In this document: positions 25,703 to 33,610 of the stretch, piece by piece
Numbering within the stretch: the stretch's first letter is position 1
How the letters are laid out: each line of letters starts with the position of its first letter
UHGV virus genome: UHGV-1376342
Strand: one strand, 5' to 3'
Source: a virus
DNA: 37,941 bases
The notes under the pieces: model-generated
Told to the model about the DNA's origin: nothing
Databases searched by the model: none
Seen by the model: the letters and a program-made list of their open reading frames with translations, nothing else
Position numbers and translations under genes: made by a program

Positions 25703-27831
25703 TGTTTGGTGGAGTATTAAACAAATTGTTCTCTAAGGGAGCAGCTAAATATGGCGATGATGTTGTCGCCCGACTTGCCGCTAACTATGGTGACGACATT
25801 GCCCGTTCAGCTGGCGGTGGCGTGCTCAACAACCTTATGCGTAATGAGGCGGACGATATTGCTGCCAAGGCTGTAGCTAGCGCCGCGCCAGAGGTGGTAG
25901 AAGCTGCCGTTCCTAAGGCTGCCAGCGTTGCTGACGACGTAGTTGAGGCTGCTATTCCGAAGGTAGCGAACGTCGCTGATGACGTTGTAGAAGCTACAAC
26001 ACCGGCTTTGGCTAATGTGGTGGATGATGAGAGTGATGATATTGTCCAGCGACTCATCAACCGACCAGAGCAAGATCCACGTGCCCGGCAGTTAGCAGAG
26101 GGTGTTGATCCTAAGAAAATCGTGAACGAGGCTATTAAAGACAACGACACGATGTATAACGCGACAAATGCTAAGCTTGCCGACAACAACACGGTAGGGG
26201 CAAAGCTTAACAACATCGGCCAATCTATTGAGGATGTGGGTACTAACCTGCGTAATAACGAGATTATCGGTGCCGTGAAAGATAAGAAGGTTCTTGAGCG
26301 CGCTCCAGATGCTATTAAGTATGCAGAGAAGTACGGCATCCAGCCTAACCAGTACGAGAATTACGCTGGCATTGCTACCGGCAAGGACGGGCTATTCTCT
26401 ACATTCCAGAATAACGCCTTAAAAGACTCACAGATTAGTGTGTTAATGCCGAAAGAAGCCAGTACGAAGGCTCTCAAGGCCATCGATGAGTCTATTGCTC
26501 TTGAGCCTGCTCAGAAGAAGACGTTGAAGAAAATCATCGAGTCTGCTGATCAGCAGCCACAGGGTAAGATCCTCGATCGATTAGCAGAGCGTGGTGAGAA
26601 CCGTGCAGCAGCTATCGGCGAAGCTGATATTTACGATATGCACAAGGCTATCCAGGAATTAGAGGGCAAAGCCTACGATATGACTGGCAAGGGGGCTAAT
26701 GCAGCCCGCAAGATCATCCGTGACTACACTGGTGAGCTTAAAAAGACTATTAACGAGGCATCGGCCGACGTATATAAGGACGCAGACAAGATTGCAGATT
26801 TTCTTAAGGCGGCAGAAGGTGCTAACCTTCCACCAAAGATGCTGCAGGACGTAGCTAAGAAGCTACGCGACGGTGTGACTTATTCAGACGTGCGAAGTAT
26901 GCAAGCTCCGTTTGTCATCATGGGCCAGCTTGCTAAGCAAAAAAAGATGGCACCGCTCGCTGGTGGAGTGATGGGTAATGGTAATTTTGGCAACCCGATC
27001 CAGCAGGTTGCACAAGAGGTTATCGGTAAGCCACTGGCGTCTACCACTGGCAAATTACTCCAGCGTGGTGGGCGTGCTCTCCAGTTGGCCTCAGACAACC
27101 CAGAAGCTCTCGTGGGTGGTGTTGTAGGGAAAGCTAAGAACACAGCTAAAAATGCAGCTCTAGCTGGTGCGGGCCTTCTCGCTCTCGGCCAGCTGAACGG
27201 TCAAAACGCTGACGCAACATCTCAACCATCCGGAAATTCCGGACAGCTCGGCGGTGCACAGGCTCAACAGAAAGAATTACAACAAGCCCAGCAGCTCCAG
27301 GCTATGCAGCAGTTGATGCAGCCATCAAAATTCGCCGGCAAAGATCGTGATCAGATTGAGCAGGCATATATGGCAGCAGCTGCAGACAACAACCCGAAGG
27401 CTGTGCAGTTCTACGCCTCGATGCTCGAGCAGCTCGACAAGAAGGACGCAATGAACCAGAAGCAGCTTGCCGCGCTCCAGAAGGCAAGCAGTAGTAAAAC
27501 CTCCAAAGACGACCAAAAGAAGGCTGACGCAGCCAAGAAAGCGGCTAGTATCGAGACTATGTACAAGCAGGCTGGTGGTGCTCAAGGGCCTATTGGCGTA
27601 CTAAACAACCTGCTCAATAACGCTACACTCGGTATGTTCAACCCAGGGGCCTCAGCCTATGAAGCCAACCAGCAGGCCCTGGCAGTAGCCCTAGCCCGTG
27701 CAGCAGGCGATAGCGGTGCCCTCTCGAACCAGGATATTCAGGGCTATAAGTCCATGCTGCCGCTGACCACAGATAGCCCACAGGCCGCAAAGCTCAAATT
27801 ACAGAACATTTACGCTCAATTAGGGCAATAA
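25702..27831 (+). CDS. large virion protein with N-terminal 15-aa tandem repeats (putative ejection/tape-measure-like protein)
   Basis: 709 aa; repeats AVPKAASVADDVVEA / AIPKVANVADDVVEA / TTPALANVVDDESDD; Q-rich central region. Confidence 0.5.
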   Translation: MFGGVLNKLFSKGAAKYGDDVVARLAANYGDDIARSAGGGVLNNLMRNEADDIAAKAVASAAPEVVEAAVPKAASVADDVVEAAIPKVANVADDVVEATTPALANVVDDESDDIVQRLINRPEQDPRARQLAEGVDPKKIVNEAIKDNDTMYNATNAKLADNNTVGAKLNNIGQSIEDVGTNLRNNEIIGAVKDKKVLERAPDAIKYAEKYGIQPNQYENYAGIATGKDGLFSTFQNNALKDSQISVLMPKEASTKALKAIDESIALEPAQKKTLKKIIESADQQPQGKILDRLAERGENRAAAIGEADIYDMHKAIQELEGKAYDMTGKGANAARKIIRDYTGELKKTINEASADVYKDADKIADFLKAAEGANLPPKMLQDVAKKLRDGVTYSDVRSMQAPFVIMGQLAKQKKMAPLAGGVMGNGNFGNPIQQVAQEVIGKPLASTTGKLLQRGGRALQLASDNPEALVGGVVGKAKNTAKNAALAGAGLLALGQLNGQNADATSQPSGNSGQLGGAQAQQKELQQAQQLQAMQQLMQPSKFAGKDRDQIEQAYMAAAADNNPKAVQFYASMLEQLDKKDAMNQKQLAALQKASSSKTSKDDQKKADAAKKAASIETMYKQAGGAQGPIGVLNNLLNNATLGMFNPGASAYEANQQALAVALARAAGDSGALSNQDIQGYKSMLPLTTDSPQAAKLKLQNIYAQLGQ

Positions 27832-27898
27832 TGGCCACGGTTATAGCCAAATAGTGTCGTAAAATCAGATTAGTAACAACTATAAGGAGATGGAAGCA

Positions 27899-28978
27899 AT
27901 GAAGTTTTCAGAAACAGTGCAAAACATCACAAAGGACGAGTTTCTACCTCGCGTTGTTGACTTTGTTAACAACTCGAACGTTTTGACCGCTCGCGTGATG
28001 AGCAACACCAAGAAGTGGGCTGGCCCCAAGGTGCAAAGCCCTACACAAACTAAAAACAGCACGACTGGTAAGTCGATTACCGACATGGAGCAATTCAGTG
28101 TCGCTGCTACCGACAACGTTAAAAACCTGAAGTGGGAACCTGCTACAGTCGTTCAGAGCGTTGTTGTTAGCCAAATCGAGAAGGCTGTCAACCAAGCATC
28201 GAGCGACAACCAGGTTGTTCGTTTGGTTGCTCAGAAGCTCGAGGAAGCTCAGAACAGCCTCGCAAACCTCATCGGTACCCAGCTTTATGGTACTGGTGCT
28301 GGTAACGACCTTGATGGTCTTGGCTTGATCGTTGACAACGGTACGGCATCTACCACTTACGCTGGTATCACTCGTGCTACCCTGCCTTCGGTCAACGCTG
28401 ACGTTACGGCTGCTGCTAATGGTCTCTTAACTCTTGGCCTCATGGCTAAGGAGTTTGACGCTGTCTCGGCTGCTGGTAGCGCAAAGCACAGCCCAACGAT
28501 GATCCTCAGCGACAAGGCAACTTGGAGCCTCTACGAGGAGCTGATGGGCGACAAGCTCAGCGTCCAGTACAACGCTATGACTGCTCGTGGCTACAACCGT
28601 GTTAGCGGCGGTACTCCAATGGGTACGTCTGTGCCTGCTAGCGAGTTGCACGGCTCGGCTGGGTTCGTATCGCTCGACTTTCGTGGCAAGCCATGTGTGG
28701 CTGACGACAAAGCTCCTGTTGGTAAAATGTTCTTCCTCAACGAGAACTACCTGGAGTTTCGTGATCTGTCCATTCCTGGCCTTGAGCGCGTGAAGCAGAA
28801 GCAGGAGGCTATCGATAGCGCTATTAGTGAAGACCAGCCTACCTGGATGCAGTTCCGCGGCTTTAAGGAGCCAACAAACCAGCTCGCAGAGATTGGTGCA
28901 ATGGTTGTATCGGGTAACTTTATCTGTACTCAACCTCGCCGCCAGGGTGTTATCACAGGTATCACCAAGATCCGATAG
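27899..28978 (+). CDS. putative major capsid protein
   Basis: 359 aa; ATG 27899 9 nt after AAGGAG (track ATG 27890 abuts SD); pronounced T-ending codon bias (ggt gct cgt ctt gtt act) unlike neighbours; followed by strong terminator. Confidence 0.5.
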   Translation: MKFSETVQNITKDEFLPRVVDFVNNSNVLTARVMSNTKKWAGPKVQSPTQTKNSTTGKSITDMEQFSVAATDNVKNLKWEPATVVQSVVVSQIEKAVNQASSDNQVVRLVAQKLEEAQNSLANLIGTQLYGTGAGNDLDGLGLIVDNGTASTTYAGITRATLPSVNADVTAAANGLLTLGLMAKEFDAVSAAGSAKHSPTMILSDKATWSLYEELMGDKLSVQYNAMTARGYNRVSGGTPMGTSVPASELHGSAGFVSLDFRGKPCVADDKAPVGKMFFLNENYLEFRDLSIPGLERVKQKQEAIDSAISEDQPTWMQFRGFKEPTNQLAEIGAMVVSGNFICTQPRRQGVITGITKIR

Positions 28979-29001
28979 TCTAACCTCTAGATTATCCAAG
29001 A

Positions 29002-29024
29002 GCCCCACTCCGGTGGGGTTTTCT
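29002..29024 (+). terminator. rho-independent terminator GCCCCAC-tccg-GTGGGG-TTTT
   Basis: Stem 29003-29008/29013-29018, U-tract, then TCTTGTTGTAAAT 29022-29034. Confidence 0.6.
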
Positions 29025-29051
29025 TGTTGTAAATAAAACTCAAAAAAAGTG

Positions 29052-29080
29052 TTGACGCTATTCTTTGGATGGTGTACTAT
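29052..29080 (+). promoter_or_regulatory. promoter TTGACG-17-TACTAT with conserved leader
   Basis: TTGACG 29052-29057, 17-nt spacer, TACTAT 29075-29080; leader contains CATAAGCAAGAGAGGAG 29094-29110. Confidence 0.55.
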
Positions 29081-29122
29081 AGAGACATAGCAAACATAAG
29101 CAAGAGAGGAGATAATACTTGC

Positions 29123-29386
29123 ATGGCTAAAGAAAGTAAAACCAATAAGAAAAGCCAAGACGTAATCTTTGGGGCAAACGAAGAGATTCGCCGCGCTGTA
29201 GACAAGCTCTACGTAAAGAAGACGAGCGCTATCATGACGGCAGCAATCTTTGCAGTAATGCTCTCACTGATCGCAGCAGGGTTTGCCTTCGCAGCTGGCC
29301 TCAACACGGGCCGCACACAGGTTGAGAAGTACAACACTATCAAGGTTGTGACGAGCGAAACCGCGGGAAAAGAAAAAGCCCAGTAG
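29123..29386 (+). CDS. signal-anchor (type II) membrane protein; possible upstream half of a frameshift fusion
   Basis: ATG 29123 with SD agagaggag; TM AIMTAAIFAVMLSLIAAGFAFAAGL; slippery G_GGA_AAA at 29365-29371 near 3' end. Confidence 0.5.
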   Translation: MAKESKTNKKSQDVIFGANEEIRRAVDKLYVKKTSAIMTAAIFAVMLSLIAAGFAFAAGLNTGRTQVEKYNTIKVVTSETAGKEKAQ

Positions 29387-29427
29387 CGAAACCAGTTGTT
29401 AAAGTAGAGCAACCTCCAGTAGCTATA

Positions 29428-29760
29428 GTGGCGCAACCGGCTAAGACAGGATGCGACGCTGTACGTGAGGAGGCCTCGAAATACAGCGGGTGGGACGTAA
29501 ACACCATGGTTGCCATCGCTACCGCCGAGAGCCATTGTAGGACAGGCGCAAAAGGTGACCAAACACTAACATTTACACAAAATAATAGGGTATACGGGTA
29601 CAGTCTTGGAGCTTTCCAGGTAAGGATACTTCCAGGACGAGAGCATTGCGACACGTTCGATGTAGGGACTAACGTGAAATGTGCGTACGATGTGTGGAGG
29701 TCACAGGGGTACAAAGCATGGTCAGTCTACTTGAGCGGTAAATATAAAGAGCACCTATAG
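29428..29760 (+). CDS. transglycosylase-like (Rpf/SLT-like) domain protein, GTG start or -1 frameshift product
   Basis: VAIATAESHCRTGA...GYSLGAFQV...CAYDVWRSQGYKAWSVY resembles transglycosylase-like domain pattern (A.CESgG...GgLQf...W..c); no ATG, weak SD before GTG 29428; frame open from 29326. Confidence 0.45.
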   Translation: MAQPAKTGCDAVREEASKYSGWDVNTMVAIATAESHCRTGAKGDQTLTFTQNNRVYGYSLGAFQVRILPGREHCDTFDVGTNVKCAYDVWRSQGYKAWSVYLSGKYKEHL

Positions 29761-29784
29761 TGGGTGCTCTTATCTTTTGGGTTT
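29748..29784. terminator. bidirectional terminator AGAGCACC-7nt-GGTGCTCT between convergent blocks
   Basis: 8-bp perfect stem 29748-29755/29763-29770 flanked by T-tract on + side and A-tract (U on minus) upstream. Confidence 0.5.
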
Positions 29785-29794
29785 GTCTTTATGT

Positions 29795-30016
29795 TTATAT
29801 TAGGCCGCGCTTCTTAGCTTCCTCTGGGTAGTACTCGATAAAGTCCTCGTTTACTGTCCCGTCTGGATTGTGCGATTGAATTAGGTCAACCGCATAGTCC
29901 TCGCGCTGTCTGTCTTTGTTGTTTGTGTCTGCTATACCCGTGACAGTGCTTGAGACGCGCTGTGATGCGTCTTTTGGTGTTTCACGGTAATATATACCAT
30001 CTATGATCACGCCCAT
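29795..30016 (-). CDS. hypothetical protein (73 aa), last gene of leftward operon
   Basis: Minus ORF, start adjacent to upstream stop (TAGATG). Confidence 0.45.
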   Translation of the reverse strand: MGVIIDGIYYRETPKDASQRVSSTVTGIADTNNKDRQREDYAVDLIQSHNPDGTVNEDFIEYYPEEAKKRGLI

Positions 30017-30298
30017 CTATTTCACGTCCTTCATAAAGTCTAACGGGTCTTTTTCTGTTTGTCCTGTCTCATCACGCCATTGAGCGTTGATCGTCACAGG
30101 GTCGGCGGCTTCAATGATGCCACTCCTTTTGTTTGTGTCTTTGTTTTTATTTATGTATTGCTCCTCCGCGCCTGCGTATTTCTCCAGCCAGGAGAGGCCC
30201 GCCCGGCGTGCTGTAGTAGGTACAACCGGGTCACGGCGGTTATTTAGCAAAGCAACTAAGAGGGCACAAATTGAGATAACAAGGGCTACAATTTCCAT
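30017..30298 (-). CDS. small N-anchored membrane protein (93 aa)
   Basis: MEIVALVISICALLVALL TM; TAATG overlap with groEL-like stop. Confidence 0.5.
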   Translation of the reverse strand: MEIVALVISICALLVALLNNRRDPVVPTTARRAGLSWLEKYAGAEEQYINKNKDTNKRSGIIEAADPVTINAQWRDETGQTEKDPLDFMKDVK

Positions 30299-31776
30299 TA
30301 TTCTTGATCCTTCTCGAATGGTAACGCCACATTAATCGATAGGAGCTGTGCAGCGACGCTGTGGCTGTTTACAATGGCTTCCTCGATAGATTTAGCACTG
30401 TCTACAATACCAGCCTTCAGAACGTCTGTATGATAGGTTTCAGAGTAAATATCGTAGCCAGCCTTCGGTGTATATGGCTTATCCTCAGTCGTTTCCTTGG
30501 CCATACTGTTTACGAGCATCGTATAGGGCTGCGTGAGGTAGCTCGGCATATTGGTGGTATCAGCCTCGTACACGTCGCGCAGGAACGTACCGCCACCAGG
30601 GAGTACTCCATAGTCCTTTGCTATCTGTGTAGCTGCTACAGCGTCCTCAATACGGAGTTTTAGCTCTTGCCGTTCAACCTGTGTAGCCGCACCAACACTA
30701 ATCTCTACAGTCTTGCCGTTCAGCGCATCGCGTCGGTAATCATCCTTGATACCTTCGATGTACTGATCTAGCTTCTCGCGGTTACCTGGGCCAGATAGGA
30801 TAGTCTTTGTAGTGGTAATGTGGGCGCGCTCAACTTTACCGATATTGGCATCTGTAAAGTCTGATATACGAGGCGACACAAATACTTCAGCGCCGGCGTA
30901 GGCTGCTACGTCACGAAGGAATAGCTCGCGGGCTTGGCTTGATGGTTCTACCACGACAATGTTCAGCTTCCCGTTCATCTTATTAGTGGCAAGGGTCTCA
31001 AGGGCTTGCCCTGATACGTCTGCTACGAGCACAATACTCTCTGCACCAGCCTTGAGGACGGCGTCGATGATAGGTACAATGTCGTCATTCTTGCTAATAA
31101 GTCGAGACATAACAATAACAGTTGGGTTATCGTATTTCGTCTGGATAGACTGCATATCGTCTGCAAATGCAATAGATGACATACCTTTTTTGAAGGTGAA
31201 ACCTTGGACGATCTTGCTCTCAATCTTATTCTCAGGTGTTTCTACCACTGTTACTGCGCCATTAGCGCCGGCATCTTTGATCGCGTCGAACACTAAATGA
31301 CCGATAGCCTCGTCGCCAGATGATGTATGCGCAACATGATAGAGTAACTCATCTGTAGCCTCAATCTTATTCTCTTTGATAGCCTTCAGGATAGCTTGTT
31401 TGTTTCGCTCAATTTGTTTCTGTACGGCGCGTGGCTTGTCCTTCGCCATCTCCTTGAAATAGTTGTAGACAAGGTAAGTCATAACGATAGTGAGAGTAGT
31501 AGAATCACCAGCTGACCGGTTAGTTTTCTCACTAGCTTGGCGTACGAGAGAGATAGCCATGTTCTCTACTGGGTCTGATACGACGAGACGCCCAATATTA
31601 GTGATACCGTCGTGAGATACGAGAGGTTCACCATAGCGGTGCTCAATCATGATATTGCCAGAGTTAGCCCCATATGAGGAGTAAGCTACATCAAAGGCCT
31701 TCTCGACGCCCGCACTGATCTTTTCTCTCAGCTCATCACCACGAATTACGTTACGTACTGATGTTTGTTTAGGCAT
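30298..31776 (-). CDS. groEL: GroEL-like chaperonin (Cpn60 family), lacks GGM tail
   Basis: ~492 aa; blocks DGITNIGRLVVSDPVENMAISLVRQASEKTNRSAGDSTTL and VERQELKLRIEDAVAATQIAKDYGVLPGGGTFL align to GroEL equatorial-domain motifs ([73 protein letters not shown]); start chosen at MPKQ (31776) with SD. Confidence 0.8.
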   Translation of the reverse strand: MPKQTSVRNVIRGDELREKISAGVEKAFDVAYSSYGANSGNIMIEHRYGEPLVSHDGITNIGRLVVSDPVENMAISLVRQASEKTNRSAGDSTTLTIVMTYLVYNYFKEMAKDKPRAVQKQIERNKQAILKAIKENKIEATDELLYHVAHTSSGDEAIGHLVFDAIKDAGANGAVTVVETPENKIESKIVQGFTFKKGMSSIAFADDMQSIQTKYDNPTVIVMSRLISKNDDIVPIIDAVLKAGAESIVLVADVSGQALETLATNKMNGKLNIVVVEPSSQARELFLRDVAAYAGAEVFVSPRISDFTDANIGKVERAHITTTKTILSGPGNREKLDQYIEGIKDDYRRDALNGKTVEISVGAATQVERQELKLRIEDAVAATQIAKDYGVLPGGGTFLRDVYEADTTNMPSYLTQPYTMLVNSMAKETTEDKPYTPKAGYDIYSETYHTDVLKAGIVDSAKSIEEAIVNSHSVAAQLLSINVALPFEKDQE

Positions 31777-32065
31777 CCAATGAACCCCCATTTACAGCAT
31801 CTACGGGGACAAAGATAAACATTTTACCATCTACCTCAATCTCTTCGCTGTCGTTATACTTCGTAAAATAAATCTTGTTACCAAGAAATTTTGAGAGAGT
31901 GTCCTCTTTCTCTGTGGCCACACCACTCTCGTTGATATAGACAGATTTTAGTATACCGCTCGTATGGCTGCCATGTTCTCCTTGTGAGATAGACAAACTC
32001 GAGCCGTATTTATTAGTTACCTCTACCAGGCAAAACCCTGGCATGGCGTGTAACTCTGTGCTCAT
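31769..32065 (-). CDS. groES: GroES-like co-chaperonin (Cpn10)
   Basis: 98 aa directly upstream of and overlapping groEL-like; GNKIYFTKYNDSEEIEVDGKMFIFVPVDAV parallels GroES [31 protein letters not shown]; SD taggagcac. Confidence 0.6.
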   Translation of the reverse strand: MSTELHAMPGFCLVEVTNKYGSSLSISQGEHGSHTSGILKSVYINESGVATEKEDTLSKFLGNKIYFTKYNDSEEIEVDGKMFIFVPVDAVNGGSLDA

Positions 32066-32101
32066 GTTTTGTGCTCCTATTTAGTTGTTGCTTGTGTATC
32101 C

Positions 32102-32110
32102 ATTATAACA
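32102..32110 (-). promoter_or_regulatory. extended -10 (TGtTATAAT) of groES-groEL promoter
   Basis: rc of 32102-32110 = TGTTATAAT, located between terminator 32121-32145 and groES SD. Confidence 0.35.
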
Positions 32111-32120
32111 TTAGGATAGA

Positions 32121-32145
32121 AACCAAAAAAGAGGCCGCAGCCTCT
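32121..32145 (-). terminator. rho-independent terminator AGAGGC-cgca-GCCTCT followed by U5 on minus strand
   Basis: Stem 32130-32135/32140-32145; rc shows hairpin then TTTTTGGTTT. Confidence 0.6.
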
Positions 32146-32166
32146 CTCTTGGTTCAGACAGTCAAA

Positions 32167-32646
32167 CTACACTTCACACCAGAAATAATGGCCAGCTGGC
32201 ACAGGAATCTTTGCGTATGCCTTGATACCACTTGTCGTAGTGACCATATCGTCAAAGTCATTTGGACGAATTTGCACAGCAGCATTAGCAGCTACGTCTT
32301 CTACAAGAGGATCACGTAGCGACATAGTTTTTCCGCTGATCCCATCATACTCGTAGAACCGGTTGTTCAACAGAATAAGGCCGTCCTCCGACAGTTCAAC
32401 TGTTGAAACATCCTTCAGATCGATAGCGCCGTCACCAGTCTTAGCAGCTGAGGCTAGTTGTGTGTTTTTGTTCGCCAGCGAGCTTTTCATACCTGTACCG
32501 TAGGCCAAGTCTGCGCTACCAGCCTGTGCGTACCGAAACTGTCGCCCCTCATCAGAAAAGGCAATCTGCCCGAGTGTAGCACGTTTGATTGGAGACGTTT
32601 CGTTGGCGTCCTGGCCGACGATTGTACCAAAATTTGTTAATGCCAT
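32167..32646 (-). CDS. hypothetical protein (159 aa), monocistronic with own promoter and terminator
   Basis: Strong SD aaaggagaa; -10 TATAAT (rc of 32664-32669); terminators on both sides. Confidence 0.55.
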   Translation of the reverse strand: MALTNFGTIVGQDANETSPIKRATLGQIAFSDEGRQFRYAQAGSADLAYGTGMKSSLANKNTQLASAAKTGDGAIDLKDVSTVELSEDGLILLNNRFYEYDGISGKTMSLRDPLVEDVAANAAVQIRPNDFDDMVTTTSGIKAYAKIPVPAGHYFWCEV

Positions 32647-32690
32647 ATTAATTCTCCTTTAGCATTATATTAATACTACTTACAGCATAA

Positions 32691-32717
32691 CATAAAGAAG
32701 GGGCGATTCGCCCCCCC
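32691..32717 (-). terminator. rho-independent terminator GGGGCG-att-CGCCCC after VRR-NUC gene
   Basis: Stem 32700-32705/32709-32714, U-rich tract (cttctttatg) downstream on minus strand. Confidence 0.5.
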
Positions 32718-32736
32718 TATTCTTTCGGCTATTGTT

Positions 32737-33189
32737 CTAAAATATTTGATCGTTTGATATTCGTTTTCGCCGCTCTGTGTAGTCTGTGTTTTTCATGTAT
32801 TTGTCTATTTGGTCTTTTGCCTCGTCGAAACCAACTGCGAAAGTACATCTATAGCCTCGCTCGCTCAGACGCTTCATGTAGGCGTGCTGCTCGGCAAAGT
32901 GTTCATTTGCCCAGCTGCCGTCTTTTTTCATGAGGCGCACCCCTTCACGCTTCAGTTCAAGGTATAGCCCGTGATACCAATCTCCTGCTAGTTGTGCTGG
33001 CTCTGCGATGAACAGATCTGGATAACCTCGCCCCTCCTGTAAGGCCTTATGTTTAATGGCCTGCCCCATCGTCATCTTAACACCAGCGCTAAAGTCTGTG
33101 CGGAATATGACGCCAGGGTACTGTATCTTTAAATAGTCCACCACCATCTGGTGGATGGTGGACTCTTTTGCTGTTCTAGCTCTCGCCAC
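32737..33189 (-). CDS. VRR-NUC domain nuclease (PD-(D/E)XK superfamily)
   Basis: 150 aa; GYPDLFIAEP...GLYLELKREG matches VRR-NUC D..E.K core; GTG start with SD gaaggta. Confidence 0.6.
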   Translation of the reverse strand: MARARTAKESTIHQMVVDYLKIQYPGVIFRTDFSAGVKMTMGQAIKHKALQEGRGYPDLFIAEPAQLAGDWYHGLYLELKREGVRLMKKDGSWANEHFAEQHAYMKRLSERGYRCTFAVGFDEAKDQIDKYMKNTDYTERRKRISNDQIF

Positions 33190-33601
33190 GGTACATACCT
33201 TCTACAATCATGACTTTGAGCGTCTCTAGGACGGCCATATCTTTTGTGGCCATCACTCGACCAGATAGGTCATCTCGTGGCACAGCCTTCTTGATACGGC
33301 CGTTGTAGCGTGGGATAATCGAGAGAATTGAGCCATTCATGGTAATCTCGTAACGGCTCTTTTCTTCTTTTACGTCGAACTTTTCGTTTTTAAGGAGTAC
33401 TCGCTCAATCTCATCTGCTGCCGAGAAGGAGAGTGAGGCGTATGGAGTAGCGCTTCCGCCCTTCTTGCCTGCTATTGAGGCGAGTTTTGGGTTTTTGCCA
33501 AAACCCTTCTTTACTTTAGCCGATCCACCCAGACTACCGATCTTTTTATAGTAGTCTTCGCCGTGTGTTTGGCGTTTGTCGTATTTGCTTGGCTTATCCA
33601 T
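33176..33601 (-). CDS. protein with N-terminal KGG-type Gly/Lys repeat motif
   Basis: 141 aa; YYKKIGSLGGSAKVKKGFGKNPKLASIAGKKGGSAT resembles KGG stress-protein repeat; SD taggagaca. Confidence 0.4.
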   Translation of the reverse strand: MDKPSKYDKRQTHGEDYYKKIGSLGGSAKVKKGFGKNPKLASIAGKKGGSATPYASLSFSAADEIERVLLKNEKFDVKEEKSRYEITMNGSILSIIPRYNGRIKKAVPRDDLSGRVMATKDMAVLETLKVMIVEGMYRGES

Positions 33602-33610
33602 CTATGTCTC

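Noticed and set aside
25123-26339. Minus-strand ORFs 25123-25560, 25785-26339 and 25807-26073
   Set aside because: They are antisense shadows inside the 24740 and 25702 structural genes. Their Ala/Ser/Pro-rich translations mirror the GC-rich sense codons.
28427-29158. Minus-strand 243-aa ORF
   Set aside because: It is antisense to the codon-biased capsid gene and runs through the terminator and promoter at 29002-29080.
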